From the human T2T-CHM13v2.0 reference genome, Homo sapiens: 64,000 bases of DNA. The stretch lies in the NCBI RefSeq assembly GCF_009914755.1, contig NC_060935.1; one strand, 5' to 3'. The notes under the pieces are model-generated. The model made no database searches. It worked only from the letters and a program-made list of their open reading frames with translations, and was not told the origin of the DNA. The position numbers and the translations under genes were made by a program. Within the stretch, counting starts at the first letter, position 1, and each line of letters starts with the position of its first letter. Of this stretch, positions 44,000 to 63,270 are shown one piece after another.

Positions 44000-45310
44000 T
44001 ACTCTTTTGATTTTTCTCATACCTCATTAACTGTTCCTCCTTGGTTCTCTTGGCTGGTTCCTTATCTTTATTCTGACTTCCAAATATGGTAGTTCCCTAG
44101 CACTCAGACTGCAGAACTACATTCTTTCTACACCTATACTTGAGGGTGTCTTCTCCAGTCTCCTGGTGATAAATATGATTTGTAAATAGAAATGTTTAGA
44201 TCTTCAGTTCCAACACTCCTCCAAAACTGCACACTTCTACATCCTATCAGCTACTTGAACACTCCTAATGGGAGACTAATTAGTACTTCAAACCTGGCAT
44301 ATAAAAAAACAGATCTCTTGACTTTCGTTTCCTCCACAAACCACCCTGATTACAAGCACCAGTAACAACAAAAACCCACAACAAACGACTCTGATCCTCC
44401 TCCAGTATTATAGAGTCAAAAAGGCTAGTAGTGTCATCCTCCCAGCTGCTGAGGCTGAATACCTTGCGGTCATTTCCAATCCCTCTATTTTCCTCACAGT
44501 CTGCAATGTATATGTCATATGTCAGCACATCCTGTCTGCTCCACCTTCAAGATAGAGCTAAAGTCCTGGAGGTCTATCCTCTTTCAGCTCTCCACAATGA
44601 CCCTATAGTTCAAGCTGCACACACCTTTTGTCGGGGCTATTTCAAAAGACTCATACTGAGTTTCTCTTTTTTCACTCTTAATAGTACCTACGAGGTCTGC
44701 TCTATGCAACAGCCAGAGAGTCCTTCTCAAAATCTGAAGTGGTTCAGTAACTTTTCTGCTCGACTTCCTTTAATGGATTCCCATCTCACTCAAAATAAAT
44801 TTCAAGACCTTAATATGGCCTATGAAGTCCTCCGTCTTCTGCTCCCCTGCCACCATTACTTCTCTGATTTAACATTTTACTGCTCTCTTAATCACTCATG
44901 ATATTCCAGTCACACTACTTTCTTGCTGTTCCTCAACATAATAAGTATATTTAGGGCTCTTGCAATTTCTCCTCCTTGTCCCTGGAATGTTCTTTCCCCT
45001 GTTCTTTATAAGTCTTGTTCCATTATTTCTTTAGGTTTTGGCTCAAATATCACCTTATTCAAGAAGCTTTTCTTGAATATTGTATCAAAAAAGGCTTTCC
45101 CTAAATGCTCTGTTTTCTTCCCACTTTGTTCACAGCAGTTACTATTCTTGACTTTTGTTTATATATCTCTGTTTATATAACTCTGCATAATTCTGTTTGT
45201 TGTTCATATCCCCAAACTAGAGTGCTAGCTGTATAAGTATAGAAATTTGGTTTATTTATTAATATTTTCCACTGTCTAGAATAACGTCTGCCCCTGAGTA
45301 GGTGCTCAAT
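44000..45310 (+). mobile_element. L2 3' part; its terminal TGAA repeats continue at 47986-48025, after Tigger1
   Basis: agtaggtgctcaat | Tigger1 | ttgaatgaatgaat. Confidence 0.7.
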
Positions 45311-45311
45311 G

Positions 45312-47983
<2,672 letters not shown>

Positions 47984-50900
47984 TATGTACTTGAATGAAT
48001 GAATATATGAGTGAATGAGTGAATGCCGTATAAAAGATGCGTTAATTTGGAGGGATTACAGAATGGGTGCATCTTGAAATGAGAAGTTATTGATGCATGA
48101 TGTTTGCTTGAACTATGTGGTGGAAGGAAGGAGGTATATGTTTTCAAGAGGTATTTATAACATAATGGGCAAACATTTGGTGGTCAGTTGAACAAAAGTC
48201 GCAAGGAAGAGTGCAATGTTAAGGATGCCACCTAGATTTCTGGCTTCTGCAGCTAGATTAATAATTATGTATTTTTCTAAAAAAAAGGAATGAAAGGGAA
48301 ACACATTTTAAAGGAACAATCATAATTTCAGTTTTAAATGTTTAATTTTAACTTTGTGTATCCAGACTCAACCTCTACACATAAGGAACAATTACCTGAA
48401 TAATTCAAACCCCTAGATTAATCTCAAAACACTGATAATGAGGAAGCTATTTTTGTTGTTGGTCTCTAGGGTCCTTGGCAAAATTAGAAACAACTACTAG
48501 AGGCATCCTTCTTACTCTTGATTACAGAATCTGTTTTTCTTCTTCTAACACACCCAAGACTCTTTCCTCTCTCAAAGTCAGCTTTAAGAACACATCTAAA
48601 AAAAATCAGTTACACCATACTGTGAATTTAAGTCAATGAAACATTATCAGCCTCATTTCTGACTACATAATACAATTCTCTACCCCTATTTTTACCCAAA
48701 AAGACTTCAAGCAAGAGTGAGCAGATAGGTAAGATCACTGTAGGGGTAGAAGCCCATCTGTTATATAGGGTGTTACAATTATTGAATGACTATTTAAACC
48801 TTTGTTTAACATAGAGGATCAACTCTAGGTCCATCTTGATTAATTTCAGAGAGATGAATAGCATGTTTAGCCTCATTTTCAGTTGCCCAACAAATAGACC
48901 CTCAATCCCAAGAATTCCAAACTGGAACATGCAGGTGTATAAAATCATTATAGAAATAAAGACCTATCCACCATCCATGTGATTATATCAATCTGCAGGA
49001 CAATTTAAACCTTTATTTAATACTTAGGATAAACCCTAGGTTTATTTTAATAATCTCAGCTATGTACGTATCTGGTTGCCTGGGAGATATATTGTGGCTT
49101 CCTCTGTCGGCAAGTCAAGAAAGAAATTGCTTAGCAATAAAAGTTTGAAAAGGGTGAGGACTGATGCAGTAAAGCTTTTATGATAAATCTACCTTTGCAA
49201 TGTCTTTTTGAAATGAGGAGTTGCGTCCCAAAAGGAATGGCTATGCTAGAAATGAAAACTACCATTCTGATTAAAATAGTGTAATAGAGAAAATTGAATT
49301 ATTTTGGACATTAATTATGTCCAAACTAAACAAGTACTCACATAGCAAAAAAGCAAAGATAGTTCTCTTCTGCCCCCACCACCCCCACACTTTAAGCCAA
49401 AATATTTATTTGTGTATCTGAGAGATATTTATTTAGCCTCTACCTATTTGATAAGTTTGGGGCTGATGCTATGGGAGATACTGAATGTGAATATTCTATA
49501 TTTGCTACATTTGAGAGCCTCTTAGGTTATTGCCTGAAACAATATATTTCTATAACTTCAATATAATATATAATATAGTAAACATCAAGAGAGTCACACA
49601 GTCCTGTGGGAATTCAGAAAGAGAGATTACTTCTGACTGGAGTAGAGTGGTGAGGAAAATTTATATGATCTTAGAAAAGGCAGCATTGGAGCTGAGTTTT
49701 GAGAGATAAATAGTGTAGACAAGCATTAATGGAAAAGGCACAGAGCAACTGATGAGAGTATTATAAAGAAAGTCATGGAGGCAGAAAATCATTGTACACA
49801 TATAGGGTTACATAAGGTCACTTTGGCTGGACCTCAGAGTACATAAAGAATAATTTGGGAGAAAGTCTGCAAGAATGCTAAAGGTGGAATGATAAATGAC
49901 TTCACTTTGTAGTTTAGACATTTCGTCTTAACTTTTTATGAAGCTTGGAATTAGATAATTTAGTTTCCTGATTTAATTCAGACCTATTATTAACTACTTG
50001 TTGGGAATTTGGTAAGATCTCATTATTTTGGGACATGAAAATATTTATCTACAAAATGAAGAAGCTAAGTTGGAGTGTCCTTCCAGTTTAAGATTCCTTC
50101 AAGCATTCATACCCAGATTTGATTTTTTCCCCTCACCCTCACATGAAATGTATTACCAGTTTAATTTTGTAGACTCTCCTCAAAAATTGCATTTTCTTCA
50201 GTGCATACTTTATGCTCATTCCCGCTGACCTTCCCCTGGTGTAAAATTTAGATTCTTTGGCTTTGGCTCCCACCTGTTTCCTCAGTGTCATTGACCTTTA
50301 GGACCTACACCCGAAATGCAGTCATAAGAGAACATTACTAGAAGTTACCTAAATCTCCATCCTTATCCATGCTTTTGCAGCATTACTCATACTTTGCTTA
50401 GAATGCCCTTTCTGCCAGTCTCTTTCTGTGCTTAAGAAAGTCCTTATCTACTTCCAAAAACACAGTTCAAATACTATTATTTTCCTTGTGTCTCCCTTCC
50501 ACTCCAGCATTTTTTCATGTTAATATTTCAAGAAAACTTTAAAACTACCATGTTTAGTTTTGCTTAACAAGTGTGTGTGTTTTCACTAAATGATAAATTT
50601 TTCAGTATATTTATCCTTCAAAGCACCGAGTTTAGTGATGTGCATGAAGGAGGTGCTCAAGCTAATGTTCGAGTGAATAAATAAATGGCAAACAATGCAA
50701 ACCGATACAAAACACTGAAGCTTTACAACCATGACAGAGACATACATTTTAGTATACACTATGTCAGTTTGCTTTCTAATCTGTGAACAACACTCTACTA
50801 TGGAGTGTTATTGCTTTGCACTTTATAGCCCAAGAAGCCAGAACAACACATTATAGTATTATTAACTGTGTGCACGTTGTTGTACAACAGATCTCTAGAA

Positions 50901-51188
50901 CTTTTTCATTTTGGATAACGGACACTCTACACCCATTGAAACGCAAATGCACATTTTCCCCTGCCCCATTCCCTGATGACCACCTTCCTACTTTCTATGA
51001 TTTTAGATACCTCATATACATGGAATCATGCAGTATTTGTCTTTCTGTGATTGCTTATTTAACTTAGCATAATGTCTTCCAGGTTTACCATGTTGCAGCA
51101 TATGATATGCATAGGCCACATTTTCTTTATTTGTTCTGTTGATGGACATTTAGGTTGCTTACACCTCTTACTATTATGAATAATGTTG

Positions 51189-52453
51189 TGTAGGGGTGAA
51201 AAAGAAACATATTTTCCATAGCCAGGGCAAAATCGTGGCTGAGATCTTATGACAAAAGACAGATTAACAAGAGGAAAGCATAACAAATTTATTTAATGTT
51301 TTATGTGACACAGGAGCCTTAATAAATGAAGACCCAAAGAAACAGGGAGAACTGCATATTTTTTTTCTTCAACTTCTGTTTTAAGTTCTGGAGCACACGT
51401 GAAGGATGTGTAGGTTTGTTACATTAGTGAATATGTTTCATGGTGGTTTGCTGAACAGATCAACATATCACCTAGGTATTAAGCCCAGCGTCCATTAGCT
51501 ATTCTTCCTGATGCCTTCCCTCCCCACTCCCAGCATGCCCCAGTGTGTGTTGTTCCCCACTATGTGTTCTCATTGTTTAGCTTCCACTTATGAGTGAGAA
51601 CATGCAGTGTTTGTTTTTCTGTTCCTGTGTTAGTTTGCTGAGGATAATGACTTCCAGCTCCATCCACGACCCTTCAAGGGACGTGATCTCATTCCTTTTT
51701 ATGGCTGTATAGTATTCCATGGAATATATGTACCACATTTTCTTTATCCAGTCTATCATTGATGGGCATTTGGGTTAATTCCATGTCTTTGCTATTGTGA
51801 ATAGTGCTGCAATGAACATATGTGTACATGTATCTTTATAATAGAATGATTTCTATTCCTTTGGATGTATACCCAATAATGAGATTGCCGGGTCAAATGA
51901 TATTTCTGCTTCTAGATCTTTGAAGAATTGCCACACTGTCTTTAATGATGGTTGAACTAATTTACGTTCCCACCAACAGTGTAAAAGCATTCCTTTTTCT
52001 CTGCAACCTCAATAGCATCTGTTGTTTCTTGACTTTTTGATAATCACCATTTGACTGGAGTGAGATGGTATCTCATTGTTTTGATGTGCATTTCCCTAAC
52101 AAATCTGAGTATTTCTATGGACAGTCATGCAGAAGTATGATTAGGGGACAAAAAGGTGAGATCTAATGGTAATAATTAGAGGGTCAGGAGGGGAGAGGGT
52201 GAATAGTAAGGCAAGTTTGGTTTCTTCTTAGGGCCCCTGTGTGACATTCCTTCCCTCTGGGGATAGAGGAAGACATGAGTCACATGAGGATCTTCATGGG
52301 AGAAGAAAGAGAGAAGGTTAGAGATCAACTTCCTAGGTTTTATGGCCTGCTTCATGGGAGAAAGGGGGAAGAGATCAGAGAAACCATCCAGTTTCTGTTG
52401 TTTTTTCAATTTTCAAAGTGCCATATTTTGGGTGTAGTGTTTATTGTACCTCA
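51189..52453 (-). mobile_element. MER39/MER34-like LTR split by an L1PA
   Basis: aaaagacagattaacaagagg...aaatttattt; ends gccatattttgggtgt. Confidence 0.6.
51359..52100 (-). mobile_element. 5'-truncated L1PA (about PA8-PA13)
   Basis: ORF2 C-terminus WIKKMWYIYSMEYY and a 3'UTR with tcacctaggtattaagccc. Confidence 0.85.
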
Positions 52454-52935
52454 TTGGCTACAAGGAACATGGAAGTGCAAATATTTCTTCAAGATACTGC
52501 TTTAGATTCTTTTGGATAAATATCTGAAAGTGGAATTGCTGGATCACATGGATCACATGGCAGTACTATTTTAAATATTTTGAGATACCACCAGATGAAT
52601 TTTCATAGGGTCTGACCCATTTTACAGTCCCTCCAACAGTGTATAAGGATTCAAATTTCTTTACAGCCTCACCAACTCTTGTTATTTTCAGTTTTATTGA
52701 TAATGGCCACCCTAATAAGTGTCAGAAGATACCTCATTGTAGTTTGGTTTGCATTTCCCTGATCAATAGCAATGTTGAACATCTTTTCATACACCTTTTG
52801 TTCATATGTAGGTCTTCTTTGGAGAAACATTGGTTCAAGTCCTTTGTCCATTTTTAAATTGTGTTAGTTTTTTTGCTATTAATTTGTAGGAGTTCTTTAT
52901 ATATTTTGAATACTAAGTCCTTATCAGATGCATGG

Positions 52936-53290
52936 TGATGTGGTTTAGCTGTGTCCCCAACAAAATCTCATCTTGAATTGTAGTCTCCATAATCCTCATG
53001 TGTGCGAGGGACCAGGTGAGAGGTAATTGGATACCCCCATGCTACAGTTTTTGTGATAGTGAGTTCTCACAAGATCTGATGATTTTATAAGGGGCTTTTC
53101 CCCCTTTTGCTTGGCACTTCTCCTTGCTGCCACCATGTGAAGGATGTGTTTGCTCCACTTCTGCCATGATTGTAAATTTCCTGAGGCCTACCCAGCCCTG
53201 CTGAACTGTGAGTCAATTAAACCTCTTTCCTTTGTGAATTACCCAGTCTCAGGTATATCTTTATTAGCAGCTTGAGAACAGACTAATTCA
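52936..53290 (+). mobile_element. THE1C/D-like solo LTR
   Basis: TG...CA ends; perfect TSD CATGG (52931-52935 / 53291-53295). Confidence 0.9.
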
Positions 53291-53424
53291 CATGGTTTGC
53301 AAATCTTCTCCCAATATGTAGGATGCCTTTTCACATTTTTGATTGCCTCTTTTACTGCATAGAAGCTTTCTAGTTTGATGTAGTCTCACTTATCTATTTT
53401 TCCTTTGGTAATCTGTGCCTTTGT

Positions 53425-53572
53425 GAACTAGGAAGTGAGCTCTCACCAATCATCGAATCTGCTGGCACATTTAACTTGGATTTCCCATCCGCAAGAACTG
53501 TAAGAAATTTCTGTTGTTTTTAAACCACCCAGTTGTGTTACTTTGTCATAGCATCCTTAATCAACTAAGATA
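53425..53572 (+). mobile_element. MLT1A-like LTR 3' fragment
   Basis: aatctgctggcac...agaactgtaagaaatttctgttg...actaagata. Confidence 0.65.
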
Positions 53573-54295
53573 GGTAGTACTGACATTTTAACAATATTTT
53601 CTTCCAGTCCATGAACACCAGATATCTTTCTATTTGTGTATTATTTAATCTCTTTCAGCAGTGTTTTGTTGTTTTCAGTGTAGAAGACTTGTGCCTTTTT
53701 GGTTGAGTTTATTTTTTATATTTTTTTACTGCTATTATAAATGGGATTTTTTTAAACTTTCTTTTTGTATTGTTCATTGTTACTGTATAGAAATGCAACT
53801 AATTTTGTTGATTTTGGATCCTACAACTTTGTTCATTTCAATTATTTTCACAGTTTTGTGTTGAATCTTCAGATTTTTCTGTATAAGATTAAGTCACTGT
53901 GAATAGGGAAAATTTTACTTCTTTTTTTCTGATTTAGATGTCTTTTCTTTCTTTTTTTATCTAGCTGCTCCAGCTAGGACTTCCAGCACTACACTGAATA
54001 GAAGTGATGAGAGTGGGCATTATTGCCTTATTTCTGATCTTATAGGAAAAGCTTTCAGATTTTCACTGTTGAGTATGATGTTAACTGTAGACATTTATTT
54101 ATAACCTTCATTATGTTGAGACAGTTTCTCTCTTCCTAGTTTTTTAAGCATTTTTATCATGAAAGGCTGTTAAATTTTGTCAGATGAAAATTTTTTGCAT
54201 CTCTTGAGATAATCATAAGATATTTATAGATTTTTTTTTCTGTTAATGTGATATATTGCTCAGGGTTCTCCAGAAAAATAGACCAATAATTTATA

Positions 54296-55356
54296 CAGTC
54301 AGCCCTTGAACAATGTGGGGTACAGGCCCTCTTACAGAGTCAAAAATCCACATACTACTTTTGAATCCTCCAAAACTTAACTACTGATATGCTACTGTTG
54401 ACTGGAAGCCTTACCAATAACATAAACAGTCAATTAGTACATATTTTGTATGTTATATGTATTATATACTGTATTCTTACAATAAAATAAGCTAGAGAAA
54501 AGAAAATATTTAGAAAATCATAAAGAAGAGAAAATACCTTTATAGAGCTGTAATGATTGATACTATAAGTTTACATCATTGGTTTACAAAATGAATCATA
54601 TGTCTGAAATGATAGGCAACTGCAGCTGTAGACCTCAATCTAAGGTACATATCAAGAAGTTTAACTTTTTGGGGCTACTGTCATGACTTTTCTCTGCTTC
54701 TTGTAGCACTTCCAATATCACTAGAGGTGCTTCATATGTGCACCTTGGTGTTATTTGAGGTTTACCATATTGGACTAAACATGATGAAAAATACACGAGA
54801 ACTGCAATAGGTCACTTTTCACTGTGATACACAATTTTCTGGAGAGACAAACTGCTCATGTGGAGTGACTAAGGTCATGTGGGGTTTTACGTAGATACTC
54901 ATGACACTTAAGCTCATTGCAATAGCAGCAGGAGGTGGCTACAAAATTATTACAGTAGTACAATATGCACTGCAATGAATTTTATGCAGTTATGATTTAA
55001 TGCTGAATATTTACATTTGTTTACATTTCTCTTGAGTACATAGGATGCCATGCATGGTCTATAAGTGTTTGTATGCATAAGTTTTGATAACTTTTAACTT
55101 TTTATAATAGAATTGTATTTATTTTATAGTTATAAATGATAAAATAGACTAGTATTCACATATATTTTCTGTAGTTATTGCATATCTAACTTTATTATTA
55201 TTTGCTATTTCTAGACTACATTGTCCATCAGTGGGTTTTCTTTCAAATTGTTGCAAACCTCCAAGAAATTTGCCAATTTGCCAATATATTTATTTTAAAA
55301 ATCTGCATATACTTGGAACTGTGCAGTTTAAACTCATCTTATTCAAGAGTCAACAG
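54296..55356. mobile_element. Tigger2b-like non-autonomous element
   Basis: TA-cagtcagcccttgaacaa ... ttcaagagtcaacag-TA, about 1.06 kb. Confidence 0.8.
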
Positions 55357-55395
55357 TATGTATGTGTATATATACACACACCACATACACACACA

Positions 55396-55684
55396 CAATC
55401 GTGTGCTGAATAATGACATTTCACTCAACAACTAACTGTATATATTGCTTTTAGGTATACAAACACTTACCATTGTATTGCAATTTTCTACAGTATTCAA
55501 TACAGTAACAAGCAGTACAGATGTATAGCCTAGGAACAATAGGCAATACCACATAGCCTATGTATATAATAGGCTATACCATTTAGGATTGTGTAAATAC
55601 ACTCTATGATATCAACAAAACAATGAAATTACCTAACAACATATTTCTCAGGCCATATCCCCATTGTTAAGCAATACATGACTG
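55396..55684. mobile_element. Tigger3a (MER7)-like element
   Basis: tagcctaggaacaataggc; ends ccccattgttaagcaatacatgactg. Confidence 0.75.
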
Positions 55685-55823
55685 TTTGTATATACACATA
55701 CAAACCCACAAAATAGGGATTGGCTGATGCAATTATGAAAGCTGAGAAGTCACACAATCTGATTCTCCAAACCAGAGAACGTGGAAAGCCAATGGTGTAA
55801 TTCAGTATGAGACTGAAGTCATG

Positions 55824-55955
55824 AGTTAAAAGTTATCAAAACTTATGCATACAGACGCTTATAGACCATGCATGGCATCATAGGTACTCAAGAGAAATGT
55901 AAACAAATGTAAATAGGCAGTATTAAATCATAACTGCATACAATTAATTGCAGTG
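55824..55955. repeat. Inverted 132-bp copy of 54968-55099
   Basis: Ungapped reverse-complement match with 9 mismatches. Confidence 0.93.
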
Positions 55956-56157
55956 GTGAGGAGCAGGGGTTAGAATGATGTAAGTTTCAGTCTGAGTCTG
56001 AAAGCCTGAGAACCGGGAGTGCTGATGTTCCAGATCAGGAGAAGGCAGATGTCCTAGCTCAAACAGAAGCAAATTTCCTCTTCCTATGACATTTTGTTCT
56101 ATTCAGGCATTTGAGGGATTGGATGATGCCCTCCTGCACTGTTGAGAATGATCTTAA

Positions 56158-56551
<394 letters not shown>

Positions 56552-57980
56552 TAGCCCAGTCAAGTTGACACATAAAATTCACCATCAAATATGGAGTGTC
56601 ACATAGATGGTTATTTGTGTGATGGATTTTCTTTGCATCCAGGGATAAATTTTACTTGATCATGGTGTGTAATGATTTTAATGTTTTGTTTGCTAATATT
56701 TCATTAAGAATTTTTCCATCTTTATTCATCATAGATATTGTCATATATTTTTCTTTTCTTATACTGCCTTTGGCTTTGGTGTCAGAGGAATGCTGACACA
56801 GAACCCCAGTTTGGAAGTATTCTCTCTTCTTCAGTTTTTTGGTTTAGTTTGAGAATGATTGTGTTAATTCTTTAAATGTCTGGTAGAATTCACTGGTGAA
56901 GCCATCTGGCCCTGGGTTTTTCTGATTTTGTCTCAATCTTATTACTAGTTATAAGTTTTGTTTTTTCTTTTTATTTCATCATCATTTAATCTTGGTAAGT
57001 TGTATGTTTCTAGGAGTATTTCCATTTCTTCTAATGTGTCCAATTTGTTGGTATATAATTATTTATAGTGGTCTCTTATAATCATTTATATTTCTGTGGA
57101 ATCAGTAAATATGTCTGTTTTTCATTTCTGTTTTTATTTATTTGAATCTTCTCTTAGTCCAGCTATATTTTGTCAATTTTGTAGATATTTTCAATGAATA
57201 ACTCCTAGTTTTATTTATTTCTCTCTATCATTTTTCTATTATCTGTTCTATTTATTTCAACTGTAATCTGTATTATGCTCACTCTTCTGGTACCTCTTGG
57301 CTTAACTTCTTATTGAGGTTTTAATTTGTTTTGAGGTTTCCTCTTCTGGTGTCTCCCTGACAGACCTCCCACCATCGCACTGCTCCCCTATGGGATATTT
57401 ATTTATTTGACTTAATATGCATGTGGGCTCTGCTTTTGGTTGAATGAGGAAAATACATTTGGATACAAGGCAGGTAGAAAATAAAATAAAATTATTAGAA
57501 AATGCAACTGATGTAATGGTATATGTCATCCTGGTCCCCTGGACTGGTTTAGTCCTCTGTGAGGAGGGGTGCCAGATCTAGATAATAAAGAGGTTTTAAG
57601 AAACATTTGTGAGGTTTAAGATATAATGGTATCATTTAATCAATATATTACTGCAAGCTGTAAGTAATAGAAAAAAAATTCAGTAAGTTTAAGGAAACAG
57701 AGGTTTTATTACATGATTACAGGATCTTGCATAGAACCCAAGAATGATGTCATAGCTAGGGTTATGACATGTTAAACAAACATGGTTTCTGGTGGCATAT
57801 GCCTACATAATATGAAGGTCTTTGCAAAAGCAGGGGAATCATTGTGGATTGACTAGAAACATCAAAAATATCCACTATTGGGTCACTAGTGATATAATAA
57901 TTATGATTGCATAAAGAGTACAAACTTCTTACTCTCCCATAGACTATTGTGGAGGTTTTGCCCAGAAGACTCATTATAAC

Positions 57981-59620
57981 TGTAACATGTATCTTAGCCT
58001 TAAACCATATTTTGAAATGTTTTTCTCTAGTCAAAAATGTGGCCTTTATTGGGGGCCCCACCCCCAATATTTCAGTGTAGGTTCTTTCTATTTTTCATAA
58101 GTGTCGGCTGGCTGAGAAATAAAGAGAGACAATACAAAGGGAAGAATTTTACAGCTGGGCTGCCAGGGTTGACATTGCATATCAGTAGGACCATGATGCC
58201 TGCCTAAGTCTCAGACCAGCAAGTTTTTATTAAGGGTTTCAAAAGGGAGGGTGTGTAAGAACAGGGAGTAGGTACAAAGATCACATGCTTCAAAGGGCAA
58301 AAAGCAGAACCACTAATAAGGGTCTAACAAAGATCACATGCTTCTGAGGGAACAGGACAAAGGGCAAAAGCAGAACCACTGGTAAGGGTCCAACAAGGAT
58401 CACAGGGCAAAGGGCAAAAGCAGAACTACTGATAAGGGTCCATGTTCAGCAGTGCATATATTGTCTTGATAAACATCTTAAACAACAGAAAACAGGGTTC
58501 AAGAGCAGAGAAACAGTCTGACCACAAATTTACCAGGGTTGAGTTTTCCCAACCCTAGTAAGACTGAGGGTTCTGCAGGAGACCAGGGCTTATCTCAGTC
58601 CTTATCTCAAATGCACAAGACAGACGTTCCCAGAGCAGCTGTTTATAGACCTCCCCCCAGGAATGCATTCTTTTCCTAGGGTATTAATATTAATATTCCT
58701 TGCTAGGAAAAGAATTTAGCAATATGTTTCCTACTTACATGTCCTTTTATACACTCTCTGCAAGAAGAAAAAGATCGCTCTTTTTGCCCAATGCCGCAGG
58801 CAGTCAGACCTTATGGTTGTCTTCCCTTGTTCCATAAAAATCGCTATAATTCTGTTCTTTTTCAAGGTTCACTGATTTCATATTGCCCGAACACACATGT
58901 TTTACAATCAATTTGTACAGTTAACACAATTATCACAGTGGGCCTGAGGTGATGTATATCTTCAGCTTCCAAAGATAACAGGATTAAGAGATTAAAGTAA
59001 AGACAGGCATAAGAAATTATAAAAGTATTATTTGAGAACTGATAAATGTCCATATGAAGATGAAATCTTCACAATTTATGTTCCTCTGCCACAGCTCCAG
59101 CCAGTCCCCTCTGTTCGGGGTCCCTGACTTCCCATAAGAGGCCTTTGAATGTACTTTGAAACTCTTTGTTTCTCTGCCTTTCCCACCAGCCACTCTCTGG
59201 CACCCTGCACACTTATCTAACTATATGCTTGCTTAGAAATTCCAGGGGCTAAATTTGAAACAAATCAGGCACAGAGCCCCCATTATGGAATCCTCCCACT
59301 TAGGGGGAGTCATGAACAATTAGTCCACTACCACTGGGCCAAAGTCAGGATAATGCCAACCAGACCTCTGGACACTCAAAATAGCTATTAAAACAAGACA
59401 TGCAGACCTGCACCCTGTACAAACTTCATATTTCCCATACAAATTTTTCTTTGTTAAACCTCACAATCAGCCCCAGAATTTGAGATGGTTTCTCTGTGAC
59501 TTGAGTCTGGCCATTGTTCCAACTTTTGGCATTGGAAATAAAAATTCCTTTCCTTTCACCAGACTTTGCCTCTAGTGTATTCAACTTGACAGGCAGTGAG
59601 CAGCCACACCTAACTTCCCA
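57981..59620 (+). mobile_element. MER66-like ERV1 LTR interrupted by MER11
   Basis: cttagaaattccaggggctaa...ggaatcctcccac. Confidence 0.55.
58047..59139 (-). mobile_element. MER11 solo LTR (HERV-K11/HML-8)
   Basis: The minus strand starts ...gggaagtcagggaccccgaac; perfect 6-bp TSD GGCCTT (58041-58046 / 59140-59145); three internal tandem units at 58291-58440. Confidence 0.92.
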
Positions 59621-60105
59621 TGTAGAATTGCTGTGCCACTCAGTGCTGGAGGAATGATGCAGTACAGAGAAGAGCAAACTACTCATAGAAGGAACTGGCA
59701 ATGATGACAGTAAAAAGACATCTCCCCAAGTGGCTTGCATATAGCTGACCTTGAAGAGGCAGCTAAGTATGTGTGAACCCTCTTGAGGATCTGCTACTTA
59801 TAACTGGAGAGGCTTGAATGGAGGTGACATAAAATAGGAAAGATGAGGAAAATAGCAAACACAGCCTAGGCAATGGTATCCCTAGCCATAGTATAAAAAA
59901 TAATGTGACCTAGTTTATGTAAATGAGACATGGAGCCAAGAATAAGATGGGAATCACATCAAATATAGAACAAGTAATAAATCTGAAAAAGAAGGATTAG
60001 TGATATCCTCAAACTCTAATGAAATATACTTGCCTGTTTTTAATCAGTCAGTGGTTATGAAAAGTATTGGTTGTGTCGATGAGTTCAAAGAAAATATAGA
60101 CAAGC

Positions 60106-62760
<2,655 letters not shown>

Positions 62761-62796
62761 GTAGGATATTCTCAAACATGTTCCTCCTGGGAAAGT

Positions 62797-63270
62797 GTTG
62801 TGTGCTGAATTTTGTCCCCTAAAAGTTATGCTAAATTACTAACACCTAGTAGTTCAAAATATAATTTTGTTTGAAAATAAGGTCACTACACATGTAATTA
62901 GTTAAAATTAGACCATATAACAGTTGGGTGGGTCCTACTCCGTACTGGATTAAGGAATCCAATATGACTGGTACCCTTTTAAGAAGAGTGAAAGAGACAC
63001 AGAAACAGAGACCGAAGGAGAAGGTGGCCATTAATGAGACATAGACATTGGAGTGGAGCCTCTTCAAACTAAGATTTTCAGGGAGTGCTGACAACACCAA
63101 AATCTAAGGGAAAGACATGGAACAGATTCTCCCCCAGACTTTTCAGAGAGAGCATGATGCTGCCAACACCTTGTTTTTGGATTTCTAGACTCCAGGGCGG
63201 TGAGAGAATACATTTCTGTCATTTTAAGCTCTTCTAGATAGTGAAACTGTGTTACAACACTTTTAGGAAC
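62797..63270 (+). mobile_element. MLT1B/C-like LTR
   Basis: gctgaattttgtcccc...atccaatatgactgg...ctgccaacaccttg. Confidence 0.8.

Noticed and set aside
43667-44092. 141-aa ORF containing a possible 51-nt exon (43820-43870)
   Set aside because: No recognisable homology and it overlaps L2 debris; consistent with a chance ORF.
44431-44901. 156-aa ORF
   Set aside because: Lies within L2 and has no recognisable domain.
52541-52560. 9-bp tandem duplication ggatcacat
   Set aside because: Ordinary slippage event.
58291-58440. Repeat-spacer-like array of three units
   Set aside because: Intrinsic MER11 tandem repeat, not CRISPR.
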